IMG/VR virus record: IMGVR_UViG_3300042402_003388
Coordinates: 1 to 64,000 of that record
DNA: 64,000 nt
Reading direction: 5' to 3' (one strand)
DNA from: a virus
Under the pieces are notes generated by a model. It searched no databases. It had not been told where the DNA came from and worked only from the letters and a program-made list of their open reading frames with translations. Of this stretch, positions 29,844 through 40,391 are shown piece by piece. How positions within the stretch are numbered: position 1 is the stretch's first letter; every line of letters starts with the position of its first letter. A program made the position numbers and the translations under genes.

Positions 29844-30954
29844 AGTATTAAGGAGAGTCGTAACTGAATATCTTAAAAGATTGGCTGAACCCAGAGTTAA
29901 AAAACTAACAGGGATAGATATTGATATCTCATTATGGGGTGTTAATAGTTATAATGAACTTTCGGGTACTCAAGGTAAAGTTTTTATAGATTTTGACCCT
30001 ATGGTTAATCGAAATACAAAAGAGGGTAAAATTATTGGTAAAGTAATAACCACATATGCCGAAGACGCTCTAAAGTTTGTTGGTCAGGAAAAGTATTATA
30101 AAGTTTATATTAACCAAAGAACTTTAGACCCTTTGGATGAACAGGTTGAAGAAGATGTTGAGGAACCCGTCAATAGTAACGAATATAAATTACTCGAGAG
30201 ATTATTATCCCATAAGGAGTATGAAGATAATGGGATTGTTTTTAAATTCGCCAATTTCACACACAAAAAAAATGTATTATCGGTTACAGTTAATTGTGAA
30301 GTACCTGAAAATAGGGGTTGGAATGAGTATATGCTTGAATTCTTTGCATATAATGTGATAAATGAAAAAATTAAGTTTATCGACCCAACAGGTTTGATGG
30401 ATGTTAAATTAGATAGGGTTTATGTTAATGGTATCCCGATTAAAAAAAATGATTATTACCTACCTACTAAGTTAGAAGATAAATTAGAAAATATTTTTAA
30501 AAAACTACCTGATTTTGGTATTTCTTATAATGACTTTGGTGTTTTATTTAATGTAAAATATGAGGGTATGTATGACCTATATAATGATGATTATCAAATT
30601 GTGGTTAACTGTGGGTTTACGATTGATAAGATTATTTTAAAAAAATACGATTCAAATAAAAAAATAGTAATTACTTCGGTACCTCAGGATTTGGCAGAAT
30701 CTTTATATACTTTATTAATGGAAAGTACTGACACCGAACTAGAAGAACTTAGGTATCATATCGAAGGTCTCACATATAGAGAAGTTTTTGTTGACGCATT
30801 TAGTCTAAATGAGACTGAAGAAAATTATTTGGCAGTTTATTTAATACCTCAAAAAATATGTGGTAAAAAAATAGAAGCTTATTCTGGTGGTGATATGGAT
30901 GAAAATGATATTGAAGAATACTTCAGAAAATTAGTCTCTAAATCTATTAACTAA
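29833..30954 (+). CDS. hypothetical protein
   Basis: 373-aa ORF. Confidence 0.75.
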   Translation: MANKVLRRVVTEYLKRLAEPRVKKLTGIDIDISLWGVNSYNELSGTQGKVFIDFDPMVNRNTKEGKIIGKVITTYAEDALKFVGQEKYYKVYINQRTLDPLDEQVEEDVEEPVNSNEYKLLERLLSHKEYEDNGIVFKFANFTHKKNVLSVTVNCEVPENRGWNEYMLEFFAYNVINEKIKFIDPTGLMDVKLDRVYVNGIPIKKNDYYLPTKLEDKLENIFKKLPDFGISYNDFGVLFNVKYEGMYDLYNDDYQIVVNCGFTIDKIILKKYDSNKKIVITSVPQDLAESLYTLLMESTDTELEELRYHIEGLTYREVFVDAFSLNETEENYLAVYLIPQKICGKKIEAYSGGDMDENDIEEYFRKLVSKSIN

Positions 30955-31551
30955 TTTTGTAATCAACTCTCTTAAGGTATTACCCGAAATCGCCGTTAAT
31001 CCAAACGACATTAATCTAATTACAATTTCTTTAACCTCTGGTTTAGTAACACCAGTTTGAGACATATCCCACAATATAGGTAAGATAGGGATGATAAATG
31101 CGTAACTCATAATATTAGTTACACTTGATAAAGTCATATTAAGACTTTGAATAAAATTAAGAAATACTTTCTTTAATTTAGAACCTTTTGATAAAACTCT
31201 GTTAAACTCATCAACAATACCTTCATCCTTAATAACTTTAAGTAATTCGTTTATAACACTTTTACTTTCACCATAAAGGATTGCCGTAGTTGCACATAAT
31301 ATAGATGCAATTTGAAAGTCGTTTAAATTGAAATCTCCGTTTTGAATGAATTCATTTAAAGGGGCCATTACACCACCTACACCTGCACCCCATATTAATA
31401 ACATCTTTAAGTTAATCCCAACGTCCTGTTGAGTCTTTTCAATAACCATTGTTGCAAACTCTTTTAAATCCTCTAAAACATTGTTTAATGAGTTTTTAGA
31501 CGATTCTAATAGAATTGTTCGATATTGATTCTCTGTTATTAATACTTTCAT
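30931..31551 (-). CDS. membrane-associated late protein with MKVLITENQ leader
   Basis: ATG at 31551 after TATTTAT; hydrophobic helices. Confidence 0.7.
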   Translation of the reverse strand: MKVLITENQYRTILLESSKNSLNNVLEDLKEFATMVIEKTQQDVGINLKMLLIWGAGVGGVMAPLNEFIQNGDFNLNDFQIASILCATTAILYGESKSVINELLKVIKDEGIVDEFNRVLSKGSKLKKVFLNFIQSLNMTLSSVTNIMSYAFIIPILPILWDMSQTGVTKPEVKEIVIRLMSFGLTAISGNTLRELITKLVNRFRD

Positions 31552-31594
31552 ACAACAATAAATATAATGAATATATTTATTATTAAAAAAAGAT

Positions 31595-32176
31595 ATGATA
31601 AATCCCGAGTTACAAGTTGATGATAAAGTAATGTTACTACATATGGAAGGTGAGATGATGTCACCTGGTAGTAAAGGTACCGTCATTAAAGTAAGTAGAG
31701 ACCCTTTTGAAAAGGATGGTGTGATTTATAGTGTTAGATGGGAAGACGGTAGTCAATTATCTTTATTATCTGTAACAGATGCTTGGAAAAAATTAGAGCC
31801 GATTCAAGAAAACTCATTTGATAAAGCAAAATGGTTTATTGATAATAAAACTATTGTTGAGAATTTTAATACAAGATTTTTAGGTCAATACTTGGAAAAG
31901 GTAAGAGAGTCAGGAATAACTAATATGTTTGGGGCTTCACCATATCTTTATCTTGGTAAAGAACGAATTGAACACGAATTTAAATATAAAAATATTGGTG
32001 ATGAAGAGTCTTTTGATGAGGTTTTAGAATTGGCTGATAAATCTCAACACGAGATGGTTAAGGGTGTTATGAAAGTTCTCGAGAAAGAAGGTAAAGAAAT
32101 GGACATTAACCTAATAAACAGATATATTCAAAGGTACGCATCCCTGATGTTAAATTATTGGATTAAAATCCATTAA
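31595..32176 (+). CDS. hypothetical protein (DUF4314-like N-terminus, RESG.TNMFGA motif)
   Basis: LLHM..G.KGTV..V.WEDGS.L.L; KVRESGITNMFGASPYL. Confidence 0.65.
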   Translation: MINPELQVDDKVMLLHMEGEMMSPGSKGTVIKVSRDPFEKDGVIYSVRWEDGSQLSLLSVTDAWKKLEPIQENSFDKAKWFIDNKTIVENFNTRFLGQYLEKVRESGITNMFGASPYLYLGKERIEHEFKYKNIGDEESFDEVLELADKSQHEMVKGVMKVLEKEGKEMDINLINRYIQRYASLMLNYWIKIH

Positions 32177-32313
32177 AAGAAAGAATGGGAAGAGTAATGA
32201 AGAGAAATAAGTTACCAAGATATTAAACCAAAAACCCTTCCCCAATTCTTATATATCAAACATAACAAACATTAACTGAGAGGTCAATATATTTATATAA
32301 AAAAACAAAAACT

Positions 32314-32766
32314 ATGAGCGGATTATTTTTAGCAATAACAAAAGAAGAAAAAGAGAATATATTAGATAAACACAAAACCGTGTATGATGGTTACGCAACA
32401 AATAACCAACAATCTAATATGACTCCATTATATACCCAAGATTTTGCAAATGATAAAGATGGGGTACAGATTGACCATTTAGGTAATGTGTCAAAATACA
32501 ACAATAAAATGTATATGAAAGAATCTAAGAACGTTTGTGATGAGTGTGGATTATACGAAGAGGTTTGTGAATGTGGTCACGGTGAAGTTAAAGGTATTGG
32601 AGGTTCTGATGAGTTTGACTACGTTGAGGAAGAAGAATGTACTGAATGTGGTGAAATGGAAGAAATGGATTCAGAATACTTAGAGGATGACTCTATCGAA
32701 GACGACTTCAAAGAAAAATTACAAGAATCTTTAGATATGTTCAAAAGATTTAAAAAATATAATTAA
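32314..32766 (+). CDS. acidic late protein with CxECG repeats
   Basis: CDECG, CECG, CTECG; acidic. Confidence 0.7.
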   Translation: MSGLFLAITKEEKENILDKHKTVYDGYATNNQQSNMTPLYTQDFANDKDGVQIDHLGNVSKYNNKMYMKESKNVCDECGLYEEVCECGHGEVKGIGGSDEFDYVEEEECTECGEMEEMDSEYLEDDSIEDDFKEKLQESLDMFKRFKKYN

Positions 32767-32817
32767 AAGTGGATTTTTAATTTTTTTGAGATATTTTATT
32801 GTTATAAATAATATTTT

Positions 32818-33114
32818 ATGGAAATAGTAGAAATTATATCATACTACGTTAATCATTCAATAGACACTATTGAAGTAAAGTTTAGACTTAATGAAGATAA
32901 TAACGATGAGATTCGTGTTGATGAAATAGAATTAAGTGAATCGGATGATTTTGGTTATAATCTGATAATGGAAGATTTAGATTTTTATGACGAAGACGAC
33001 GAAGATGATGTTGAGAACTTAGATGACGGTGTTGATGAAGATGAATTATTGGCATTCCTAAATGAATACTATATGATATATCCTGAAAGATTACCAACTA
33101 AAGACTTATACTAA
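32818..33114 (+). CDS. acidic hypothetical protein
   Basis: 98-aa ORF followed by terminator. Confidence 0.7.
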   Translation: MEIVEIISYYVNHSIDTIEVKFRLNEDNNDEIRVDEIELSESDDFGYNLIMEDLDFYDEDDEDDVENLDDGVDEDELLAFLNEYYMIYPERLPTKDLY

Positions 33115-33118
33115 AATA

Positions 33119-33146
33119 AAAAACCCTCAGGAATGAGGGTTTTTTT
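33119..33146. terminator. bidirectional intrinsic terminator
   Basis: AAAACCCTCA-GGAA-TGAGGGTTTT. Confidence 0.8.
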
Positions 33147-33651
33147 ATGGGCCAATTCTCGTTAAATGTAAGGTTACTGAAATATCGGGGCCAATTTGGG
33201 CGTATCCCCACTGACCTGTGGACCTTAAGGTTATACTCTCCGCTTGGTCATCAATAATTTTAAATACTCGTCTACTCCCATCACAATTAAAATCTAAATA
33301 ACCTAAATCATAATTTGAATAATGATTAATTACCGAATAGAAATATTGTTTGGTCCAAATGTATTGACCAGTATTTGTCGGTATTGGTTTCATTGATATC
33401 ACGGAATAATCCAAATGCCATTTAGTAAACCCAACACGAATACTATCCATAGGAAATCTTTCCAAAGGATTTATGTACATAGTTCCAGGTTGGTAAATGG
33501 TGTCATCAGGGGTTACCGCGTTGTCCACTTTTTCAAACGTAATCTTATCAATTACGTATTCGCCGCTTAAACTTAATAACGTAGGTTGTTCGTATTTCTC
33601 ACAAGAAATTAACAATCCAAAAATCCCGAATAATAGTAATAAATTTTTCAT
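33145..33651 (-). CDS. lipoprotein
   Basis: MKNLLLLFGIFGLLISC lipobox followed by EKYE; TACATTTG promoter. Confidence 0.75.
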   Translation of the reverse strand: MKNLLLLFGIFGLLISCEKYEQPTLLSLSGEYVIDKITFEKVDNAVTPDDTIYQPGTMYINPLERFPMDSIRVGFTKWHLDYSVISMKPIPTNTGQYIWTKQYFYSVINHYSNYDLGYLDFNCDGSRRVFKIIDDQAESITLRSTGQWGYAQIGPDISVTLHLTRIGP

Positions 33652-33703
33652 ACGACAAATGTATTGATTTTTTTCCACAAAAACAAAATATTTATAAATA
33701 ATT

Positions 33704-33940
33704 ATGAGGATAGACGTTGATTATTTAATACGTTTGATGGAAAAATACACCACATCAAATGAAAAAACCGAAATTGAGGAGGACGAAGCGGACTCTGGAG
33801 GTTCTACGGGTGGTGGTAACGTAACTACTTGGTCAGGTATTGTTGGGTCTAAATTAACTAGAGGTCCTGCAAATCCAATTTCAAATGAGAAAAGACCTGA
33901 TAGGGTTAAACGAGATGGTCCTGCAAATCAATTATTCTAA
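33704..33940 (+). CDS. small late protein with repeated GPAN motif
   Basis: LTRGPANPI..RDGPANQL. Confidence 0.7.
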   Translation: MRIDVDYLIRLMEKYTTSNEKTEIEEDEADSGGSTGGGNVTTWSGIVGSKLTRGPANPISNEKRPDRVKRDGPANQLF

Positions 33941-33951
33941 TATTTAAAAGT

Positions 33952-35664
33952 ATGGACAATAAAGAACAATCTTTAGATAGAATTAAATTATTGATGAAAT
34001 ACTCAGTAGGTAATACCCTATCTGAAAATATTACAGTATTACAGGGTAAGTTACTTAAAGAAGACTCTATGAGTGCCGAGAGAATGATTAATGCTCATAA
34101 TCGGGAAGTGTTAGGTGCCGATTGGGACAAACAAAAAAGTAATGACCCGTTTGCGGAAAGAAGACAAATCATTTCTATACCAGGTTTTAATAATCAAAAA
34201 ATTAACGTTGTTGAAGGAACTACTAATAATTTGTTCACGTCACAAGATGACTCAGGAACTTTATTTGCACATAGAGGTTTAAAAAAAGATAAATATGGTT
34301 GGTATGAGGTTAGAGATAATACTAAAGTATATTACCCCGAAAAAAGTTTTTGGGAAACCGTGGTTGGTTCGACTAAAAACTTTAAAACAGGTCCTACCGT
34401 TAGTAATCCTAATGGTGACTCTTACCACTTTATTTTAAATTTAGATGATAATGGGTGGTCTTATGCTACTATAGGGTATAAACAAGCTATAAATAAAGCC
34501 AGTAGAGGTTGGAAAATAACTCCTTGGTACTACAAAAGTGACGGTGACCAACAAATACCTTATGATGAATCTACAATAGACACTAGAGATTCTTTTGATA
34601 AGTTTTGGGATGAAAATGGAACCGCAATCCAAATTGTTGGAGGGATTGCTTTAGGTTTTTTAACCGCAGGTATTGGTAGTTTAATTACTGCTGCAATAAT
34701 CGCGGATGCGGGTATTATTGCCGCTGAGGGAGCGTTAATATTGTCAGAAGTCGCCACCGTAGTTAATGCGGTTAATACTGGTAGAAGATGGGCGTTTGCA
34801 TTAGAAGTAATAACTGAGGCGGCGGTTAATATCCCTATCGGTATTTACGAGGAAGGTAGACAAGAAGGTAGTGGTACTATGTCTTTTGTATTTGCGGCAT
34901 TACCGTTTATAAAAGTTTTACCAGGGTTTAGTAGAGTTTTCAATACGTCTATAAACTTCACGCAAAAAGAAATTGATGAAATTACTACCGCTTTAGATAC
35001 TTTCACCAATGACCCATCGGTATTCAAAACTATGTCAAAAAAATCTCAACAAGTTTTTGAAGAGGTTGTTAAAGGTGTTAACAAGAACCCTGAAGGTTTT
35101 GGAAAATTAGCTGAGGCCGCTTTAGCTGAAAAAATGTCGAAAGCGTCTGGAGATAAACAGTTTTCGAATAAAGTTATAAATTGGACCGCAATTATGGGCA
35201 GAACCACTTATAGAACTGTAAAACATATTGCAACCACTGGAGGTAAAGAACTTGGTTTAGTTATTGGTTTAGAAAAAATGACTGATAAAGTTAGAGAGTC
35301 TTGGGATAAATTATTATTATCTTACGAGAAGAAAAACGGTAAAGAAATGCCTGAGGAGGAGATTAAACGAATCTCAACGGAAGTTCAAAAGTTACCAACT
35401 GAAGAAGAACAAGTTAAGTATATTGAAGATTTAGCACAATCTATTGATAGGGGTAATAAAGTAACTTCAGATAGTCCTATAATATCTAAAGCAACTGAAG
35501 AACTTAATATCGAAAATACTGCACATATTAAATCAGTTGGGATTGATACTATGGCAGCAAAATATAAAAACTATAATTTTTCAAAAAAATCTGAAACAAC
35601 ACAACCTGTTAAAGATACAATACCAACAACAGATAGTGGAAACCCTTTCGATAGAAGTAATTAG
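33952..35664 (+). CDS. large virion/ejection-type protein with hydrophobic helices
   Basis: 570 aa; Ala/Gly-rich hydrophobic helices in the middle. Confidence 0.7.
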   Translation: MDNKEQSLDRIKLLMKYSVGNTLSENITVLQGKLLKEDSMSAERMINAHNREVLGADWDKQKSNDPFAERRQIISIPGFNNQKINVVEGTTNNLFTSQDDSGTLFAHRGLKKDKYGWYEVRDNTKVYYPEKSFWETVVGSTKNFKTGPTVSNPNGDSYHFILNLDDNGWSYATIGYKQAINKASRGWKITPWYYKSDGDQQIPYDESTIDTRDSFDKFWDENGTAIQIVGGIALGFLTAGIGSLITAAIIADAGIIAAEGALILSEVATVVNAVNTGRRWAFALEVITEAAVNIPIGIYEEGRQEGSGTMSFVFAALPFIKVLPGFSRVFNTSINFTQKEIDEITTALDTFTNDPSVFKTMSKKSQQVFEEVVKGVNKNPEGFGKLAEAALAEKMSKASGDKQFSNKVINWTAIMGRTTYRTVKHIATTGGKELGLVIGLEKMTDKVRESWDKLLLSYEKKNGKEMPEEEIKRISTEVQKLPTEEEQVKYIEDLAQSIDRGNKVTSDSPIISKATEELNIENTAHIKSVGIDTMAAKYKNYNFSKKSETTQPVKDTIPTTDSGNPFDRSN

Positions 35665-35736
35665 TAATTGTTAATATCTAAACTATATAAACATTTTAAA
35701 CAACCCAACTATTTATAATTAAAAAATAATATTAAT

Positions 35737-37197
35737 ATGGAGAATAAGAAATTAATTAACGAAATAACCCGAATTCAAGAGATGATGGGGGTCAATATCA
35801 TAACTGAAAGTGGTCTTAGTAAATTTGTTGATAAACAAGTTGCAAGATTTTTTGATGAATTATTACCAGGTGTAGAAAAATTAGCCAAAACAGGTACCAA
35901 AGAACTTGATAATGAAATTATGCAAGATGTTGCGACTAAATTTAATCAAGAGTTAGAGAGTAAATCGGGTATGCCGTACTCTAAAAAATTAAAATCTTTA
36001 AATATTAATAATTTAGATGACTTGGTTAAAAGTGCTGAAAAGTTCTCAGAAAAACAATTTAAAGAAATTAGTTCATATATCCTTACAAAATCTTTGAAAG
36101 AGATTGAATCTACGGGTAAATTATCAAGTCTTATAGATGATAATATTCTAAAAGGAGATACTCTTAAACCCATTAGAGATATATTAGAGGTACCAGTTCC
36201 CGATAAAATAGAGGACATAGAAGGTGTTAAAACGTATCTTGATGATTTAAAAAAGGTAAGAAACGATATTGAAGTTAACGGATATAACCTATCAAATGAA
36301 GGGAAACAAAAATTAATTTCAGATTATGATGCAAAAATATCAGAAGTTGAAGGTAAGATTCAAAAAACAATTGAACCTGATTTAGGTAAAGGTGCTGCGG
36401 ATGCAGGTACGGATATGATTAATAACACTGCAGAAGAAGCTACAGAAGAAACTGACATTATTAAAGGAATGTCAGATATTTTAGATAATCTTGATAAAGG
36501 TAATGACGGTAAATACGTAATCGATAAGAAACGAATCACGGCATTATTAGAATCTAAAGGTGTTACAGGAAGTAAGGCTAAAAAAATTATTAGTATTATT
36601 GAACGAGCTTCGGTAAAATCTGATGCTGAAATGTTAAAAGTATTTGAGGATAGTGTTACTACTATATTGAAAAAAGAAGGTGCGAGTCCTGAGATTATAA
36701 GTAAATTTTTAACAAAATTTGACGCGGCTAAAGAGGCTTTTGGTAGATTAGGGTTTGCAGGTAAAGTTACATTTTGGATAGCAACTGATTTAATAGTTGC
36801 AAATACCGTACAAGGTCTTATGTATATGACCGCTCTTGACCAAACATTTCCAACAGTTTATGGTATCTTTCAAATTTTAGGTTTCCATTTGGCACCTGGT
36901 ATTAATACAATAAGACAGTCGTTTGTTGATAGTGCGGAAGAAATTAAAAAAGGGCCTGAACAAAATAATTCAAGTACTTCAGCACCTAATAACAGTGCAT
37001 CTACTGAAGCAACTAAAGATGACTTTAAAACTTGGTATGATAAAAAGTATCCTCAATATAGCAGTATGTTAACATCTTGGGAAGTTGATGGTTCAGATAA
37101 AAGTATAATCATAGCTAAAGGTAAAAAGAATGACGGTACTGAAGTAACTCAAAAATATAAAAAACTAACAGATGGGACTTATGAATTCCAAAAATAA
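35737..37197 (+). CDS. large helical virion/ejection-type protein
   Basis: LINEITRIQEMMGV..ITE leader; hydrophobic hairpin. Confidence 0.7.
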   Translation: MENKKLINEITRIQEMMGVNIITESGLSKFVDKQVARFFDELLPGVEKLAKTGTKELDNEIMQDVATKFNQELESKSGMPYSKKLKSLNINNLDDLVKSAEKFSEKQFKEISSYILTKSLKEIESTGKLSSLIDDNILKGDTLKPIRDILEVPVPDKIEDIEGVKTYLDDLKKVRNDIEVNGYNLSNEGKQKLISDYDAKISEVEGKIQKTIEPDLGKGAADAGTDMINNTAEEATEETDIIKGMSDILDNLDKGNDGKYVIDKKRITALLESKGVTGSKAKKIISIIERASVKSDAEMLKVFEDSVTTILKKEGASPEIISKFLTKFDAAKEAFGRLGFAGKVTFWIATDLIVANTVQGLMYMTALDQTFPTVYGIFQILGFHLAPGINTIRQSFVDSAEEIKKGPEQNNSSTSAPNNSASTEATKDDFKTWYDKKYPQYSSMLTSWEVDGSDKSIIIAKGKKNDGTEVTQKYKKLTDGTYEFQK

Positions 37198-38827
37198 TAA
37201 AAAGATTAACGTTAATACCATTATTAATAAATTATTTGAATACGAAAATCCAAATAATTTAAATGGTATGCGTAAAATATTGGCCGAGAATCCTTTTGAC
37301 CAAGGTAATAGTGGTGGTAACAATCCTTTTGAACAAGGTAATAGTGGCGGTAACAATCCTTTTGAACAAGGTAATAGTGGTGGTAATAACCAAAACAATA
37401 ACAACCAAAACAATAACAACCAAAACAATAACAACCAAAACAATAACAACCAAAACAATAACAACCAAAATAACAATAACAACCAAAACAATAACAATTC
37501 AACTATAAGTAATCAAACTACTTTTGAAGCTGCGATTGCCGCTGGATTTCCAAAATGTGTTGCAATTCAAAACGGTACTTTGAACAATCAAAAAGAGATG
37601 GTTGTTAACTATCAGAGTGTTACTTACACATTTAAAACTGATGGGACATACAAAAGAAGTGATAATACCTCTGGAACTTGGAAGTGTAATGGGGATACTG
37701 ATGTAACAATAACCGAATCAGGAGGAAGTAATAACAACCAACAAAGCGGAGGTGATTGGATGGCAGGGTTTCCTGAATGTGTTAAGTCATTTAAACAAAG
37801 TAATCCATATTTGTATACAAATGGTAAGGATAATAAAGGCGTTGAAGTTGAGATATTCTTCACAAAAGTTGCAAGACAAGGAGGAAATTACGCAGCCATC
37901 TCAAGACCTATTGGTTCGAGAGACGCATCTGAACAAGTTAAATTATCCTACAACTGTAATAATGGTTTAAAAATTACCGACATATACGGATTAGAATATA
38001 CTGTAGGTCCTGTAGGTATGAGTAATACTCAACAATCCAATTTAACTTCTGAACAATCAGAGACTTATAATATGGTTACCGAGACTAATAATTTTTTAGG
38101 TCTTAAAGTTATTATGGGTAATTACAGATTAAATACTGTCGAATTAACTCAAGCAACTGAGGCGGTTATTTCAGGTATTAATTCAAAATATAGAAGTAAT
38201 GGTTTTGGATACTATGCAACTTTCTTAGAAAATTTAATTGAGTTTTATTCGTCTATGGGGGAAAAGTATCAAAGATACGTTACAACCTTGAATGAAAATT
38301 TCACTCAAGTTAAAGGAGCTATGACAAACGCAACAAATGCGTTAGCTCAGACAAGTAATCAATCAAATTGGAATCCATTAACAAATCCACCTCAAAAAGA
38401 TATAATGAATTACACTGAGGTTAAATTTGATAAAGCACCATTTACAACACCATTTACTGCTTATGTGTTAAAAGGTCAAAATATGACTACTAACGCCACT
38501 GCAAACATTGATGCGAATCTTTCGAAATATATGGAAGGTAATAAATTAACCGCCGAATTCTGTAAAACAACTATCTCTAAATTATTGGAGTGTATCCAAT
38601 ATCAAGAAACAGGGTTATTTAAGAAGAAAGCGGAATCGGTTACAAGTTGTGAAGCGTTTGAGATTGGCGAATTAAAAGCAATGAAACAAGTTGTTGCGAA
38701 TTGTGCAAGAAAACGAATTATTACTGATAGAAATCAAATAAGTGCGTTGTCTGACGAAGGATTAGAAGATAGATACAGAGTGTCATTCGCGTCTATGAAG
38801 TCTATGGACCAACCACCATTACAATAA
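37181..38827 (+). CDS. large protein with Asn-rich repeats
   Basis: ORF 37172-38827, ATG at 37181 preferred. Confidence 0.75.
   Translation: MNSKNNKKINVNTIINKLFEYENPNNLNGMRKILAENPFDQGNSGGNNPFEQGNSGGNNPFEQGNSGGNNQNNNNQNNNNQNNNNQNNNNQNNNNQNNNNNQNNNNSTISNQTTFEAAIAAGFPKCVAIQNGTLNNQKEMVVNYQSVTYTFKTDGTYKRSDNTSGTWKCNGDTDVTITESGGSNNNQQSGGDWMAGFPECVKSFKQSNPYLYTNGKDNKGVEVEIFFTKVARQGGNYAAISRPIGSRDASEQVKLSYNCNNGLKITDIYGLEYTVGPVGMSNTQQSNLTSEQSETYNMVTETNNFLGLKVIMGNYRLNTVELTQATEAVISGINSKYRSNGFGYYATFLENLIEFYSSMGEKYQRYVTTLNENFTQVKGAMTNATNALAQTSNQSNWNPLTNPPQKDIMNYTEVKFDKAPFTTPFTAYVLKGQNMTTNATANIDANLSKYMEGNKLTAEFCKTTISKLLECIQYQETGLFKKKAESVTSCEAFEIGELKAMKQVVANCARKRIITDRNQISALSDEGLEDRYRVSFASMKSMDQPPLQ
37289..37497 (+). 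repeat. intragenic tandem repeats: 3x30 nt (NPF[DE]QGNSGGN) then ~7x15 nt (NQNNN)
   Basis: AATCCTTTTGA[AC]CAAGGTAATAGTGG x3; AACCAAAACAATAAC array. Confidence 0.9.
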
Positions 38828-38843
38828 AAAAACAAATAAAGAT

Positions 38844-39533
38844 ATGAGTCTTAAAAACAATATAAGAAAACAATTAATCGAAACTAAAGAAAGTAAAAAT
38901 CGATTGTTAGGTGAATCTAAGATAATTCAAACAAGATTCTTAATGATTGCTGAATCTTCTAAGATTAAAACTAAAAAACAGTTAGACGAAACTTTTGTTA
39001 ATCTTCTTTCTGAGATGATTTACTTACATAAACAAGGTTTTGATAGTAATTTAATTAAAGAGAACGCTGAAAGTGTTTTCACCGTTTTAGGTAACTTATT
39101 TGGTGGAAGTACTAATGCAGTAGTTGAATTATTTAAAGAAAAAGGAGTTAGATGGATATTAGAAAAATTAGGAATTGAGGATAACAATTTCCTTAAGAAT
39201 TTCTTAATTACCGCTTTAGGTAATACGGATTTAAAAGATGTCCCTAAATTATTTTCAGATTGTGAGTTTTTAACAGAAAAAATATCAGAGTCTATCCCTG
39301 AGGCGTACCTAAGACAATTAGAGTATGAAAAAGGTATGGGTGGTGATTTTATGGACTTCGTTAGAAATTCATTATATGATGTGATTAAAAGTAGTGACTT
39401 TGGAGACAAAGTTAAAGAAAAGATTTCAGGTATTGTTTGTCCATTAGTGGACAAAATGTCTGAAAAATTCGGCAATCAATTAGATTCAATGAAATCTTCT
39501 TTGATTCCCGCTGACTCGGATACTCAATCGTAA
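38844..39533 (+). CDS. helical late protein
   Basis: 229 aa, multiple (I/L)xE motifs at N-terminus. Confidence 0.7.
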   Translation: MSLKNNIRKQLIETKESKNRLLGESKIIQTRFLMIAESSKIKTKKQLDETFVNLLSEMIYLHKQGFDSNLIKENAESVFTVLGNLFGGSTNAVVELFKEKGVRWILEKLGIEDNNFLKNFLITALGNTDLKDVPKLFSDCEFLTEKISESIPEAYLRQLEYEKGMGGDFMDFVRNSLYDVIKSSDFGDKVKEKISGIVCPLVDKMSEKFGNQLDSMKSSLIPADSDTQS

Positions 39534-39585
39534 TTGATTGTTTATTATAAATAGATAAAAAAAAGGAGGGTAATTTTTCCTGTGG

Positions 39586-39613
39586 AAAAGGAGGTCATTT
39601 GACCTCCTTTTTT
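39586..39613. terminator. bidirectional intrinsic terminator
   Basis: AAAAGGAGGTCA-TT-TGACCTCCTTTT. Confidence 0.75.
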
Positions 39614-39617
39614 CATT

Positions 39618-40292
39618 TTACCCCTTCTTAGATTTTACGATTTCATCAATGATACCGTAATTAAGTGCCTCTTGTGAAGATAACCATAAGTCACGACTTG
39701 CATCTTTCATTACCTGTTTTGCCGTTTTATCACAGTAACTACCAAGTAATTCAAATAGAGTCTCGTTGATTTTTTTCCATTCTTTCATATCGATTTCCGC
39801 ATCTTGGATATTTCCACGGAATCCCCCTGAAGATTGGTGTAACATTGTTCTTGAGAAACGTAATGAAGAACGTTTTCCTTTAGTACCTGCACCTAACAAT
39901 ACTGAACCCATTGACGCCGCCATACCTGTGTTTACTGTACGGATATCACATTTAATGTAATCCATTACGTCAACCATACTTAGACCTGATTTAACCGACC
40001 CACCTGGACTGTCAATGTGCATTGTGATGTCTGTACTGTCAGCAGAATCCAAGAACATTAACTGAGCTTGAACAATAGTTGACATATTATCATTAACCTC
40101 ACCCGCAACCCATAAGATACGGTCTCTCATTAATCTTGAGAAGATGTCAATTTGAGTTGCTCTCATTTCTCTTTCCTCCAAAATGTATGGAGTCATTGAA
40201 TTCTCAATTTGTTTTGAGTAGTAATCCAAATGACTTGATGGTTTATACAAGTGTTTCGTGTAATACGATTTAAATTCTTTTGCGTTATCCAT
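39618..40292 (-). CDS. clpP: ATP-dependent Clp protease proteolytic subunit
   Basis: DIFSRLMRDRI; IDSPGGSV; GMAASMGS; MLHQ; RDLWLS..EA..YGIID. Confidence 0.95.
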   Translation of the reverse strand: MDNAKEFKSYYTKHLYKPSSHLDYYSKQIENSMTPYILEEREMRATQIDIFSRLMRDRILWVAGEVNDNMSTIVQAQLMFLDSADSTDITMHIDSPGGSVKSGLSMVDVMDYIKCDIRTVNTGMAASMGSVLLGAGTKGKRSSLRFSRTMLHQSSGGFRGNIQDAEIDMKEWKKINETLFELLGSYCDKTAKQVMKDASRDLWLSSQEALNYGIIDEIVKSKKG

Positions 40293-40311
40293 AGTTAAAT
40301 TTTAAATTTAG

Positions 40312-40391
40312 TATCAGAGGAGGGACTCGAACCCTCACGCCGTAGCATATGCTCCTAAGGCATACGTGTCTACCAATTCCACCACTCTGAT
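40312..40391 (-). tRNA. tRNA-Leu(TAG)
   Basis: cloverleaf ATCAGAG/CTCTGAT, loop CT-TAG-GA, variable arm. Confidence 0.9.

Noticed and set aside
32181-32250. Imperfect long hairpin with 13-codon ORF MGRVMKRNKLPRY as a fourth attenuator
   Set aside because: No U-tract terminator or alternative pairing found; the downstream gene has its own promoter motif.
37289-37497. Possible CRISPR array
   Set aside because: Repeats are contiguous, in-frame and lack unique spacers; no cas genes in the window.
37165-37508. LLFW-, GCYCF- and VVIVL-repeat ORFs
   Set aside because: Alternative-frame shadows of the Asn-rich tandem repeat in 37181..38827.
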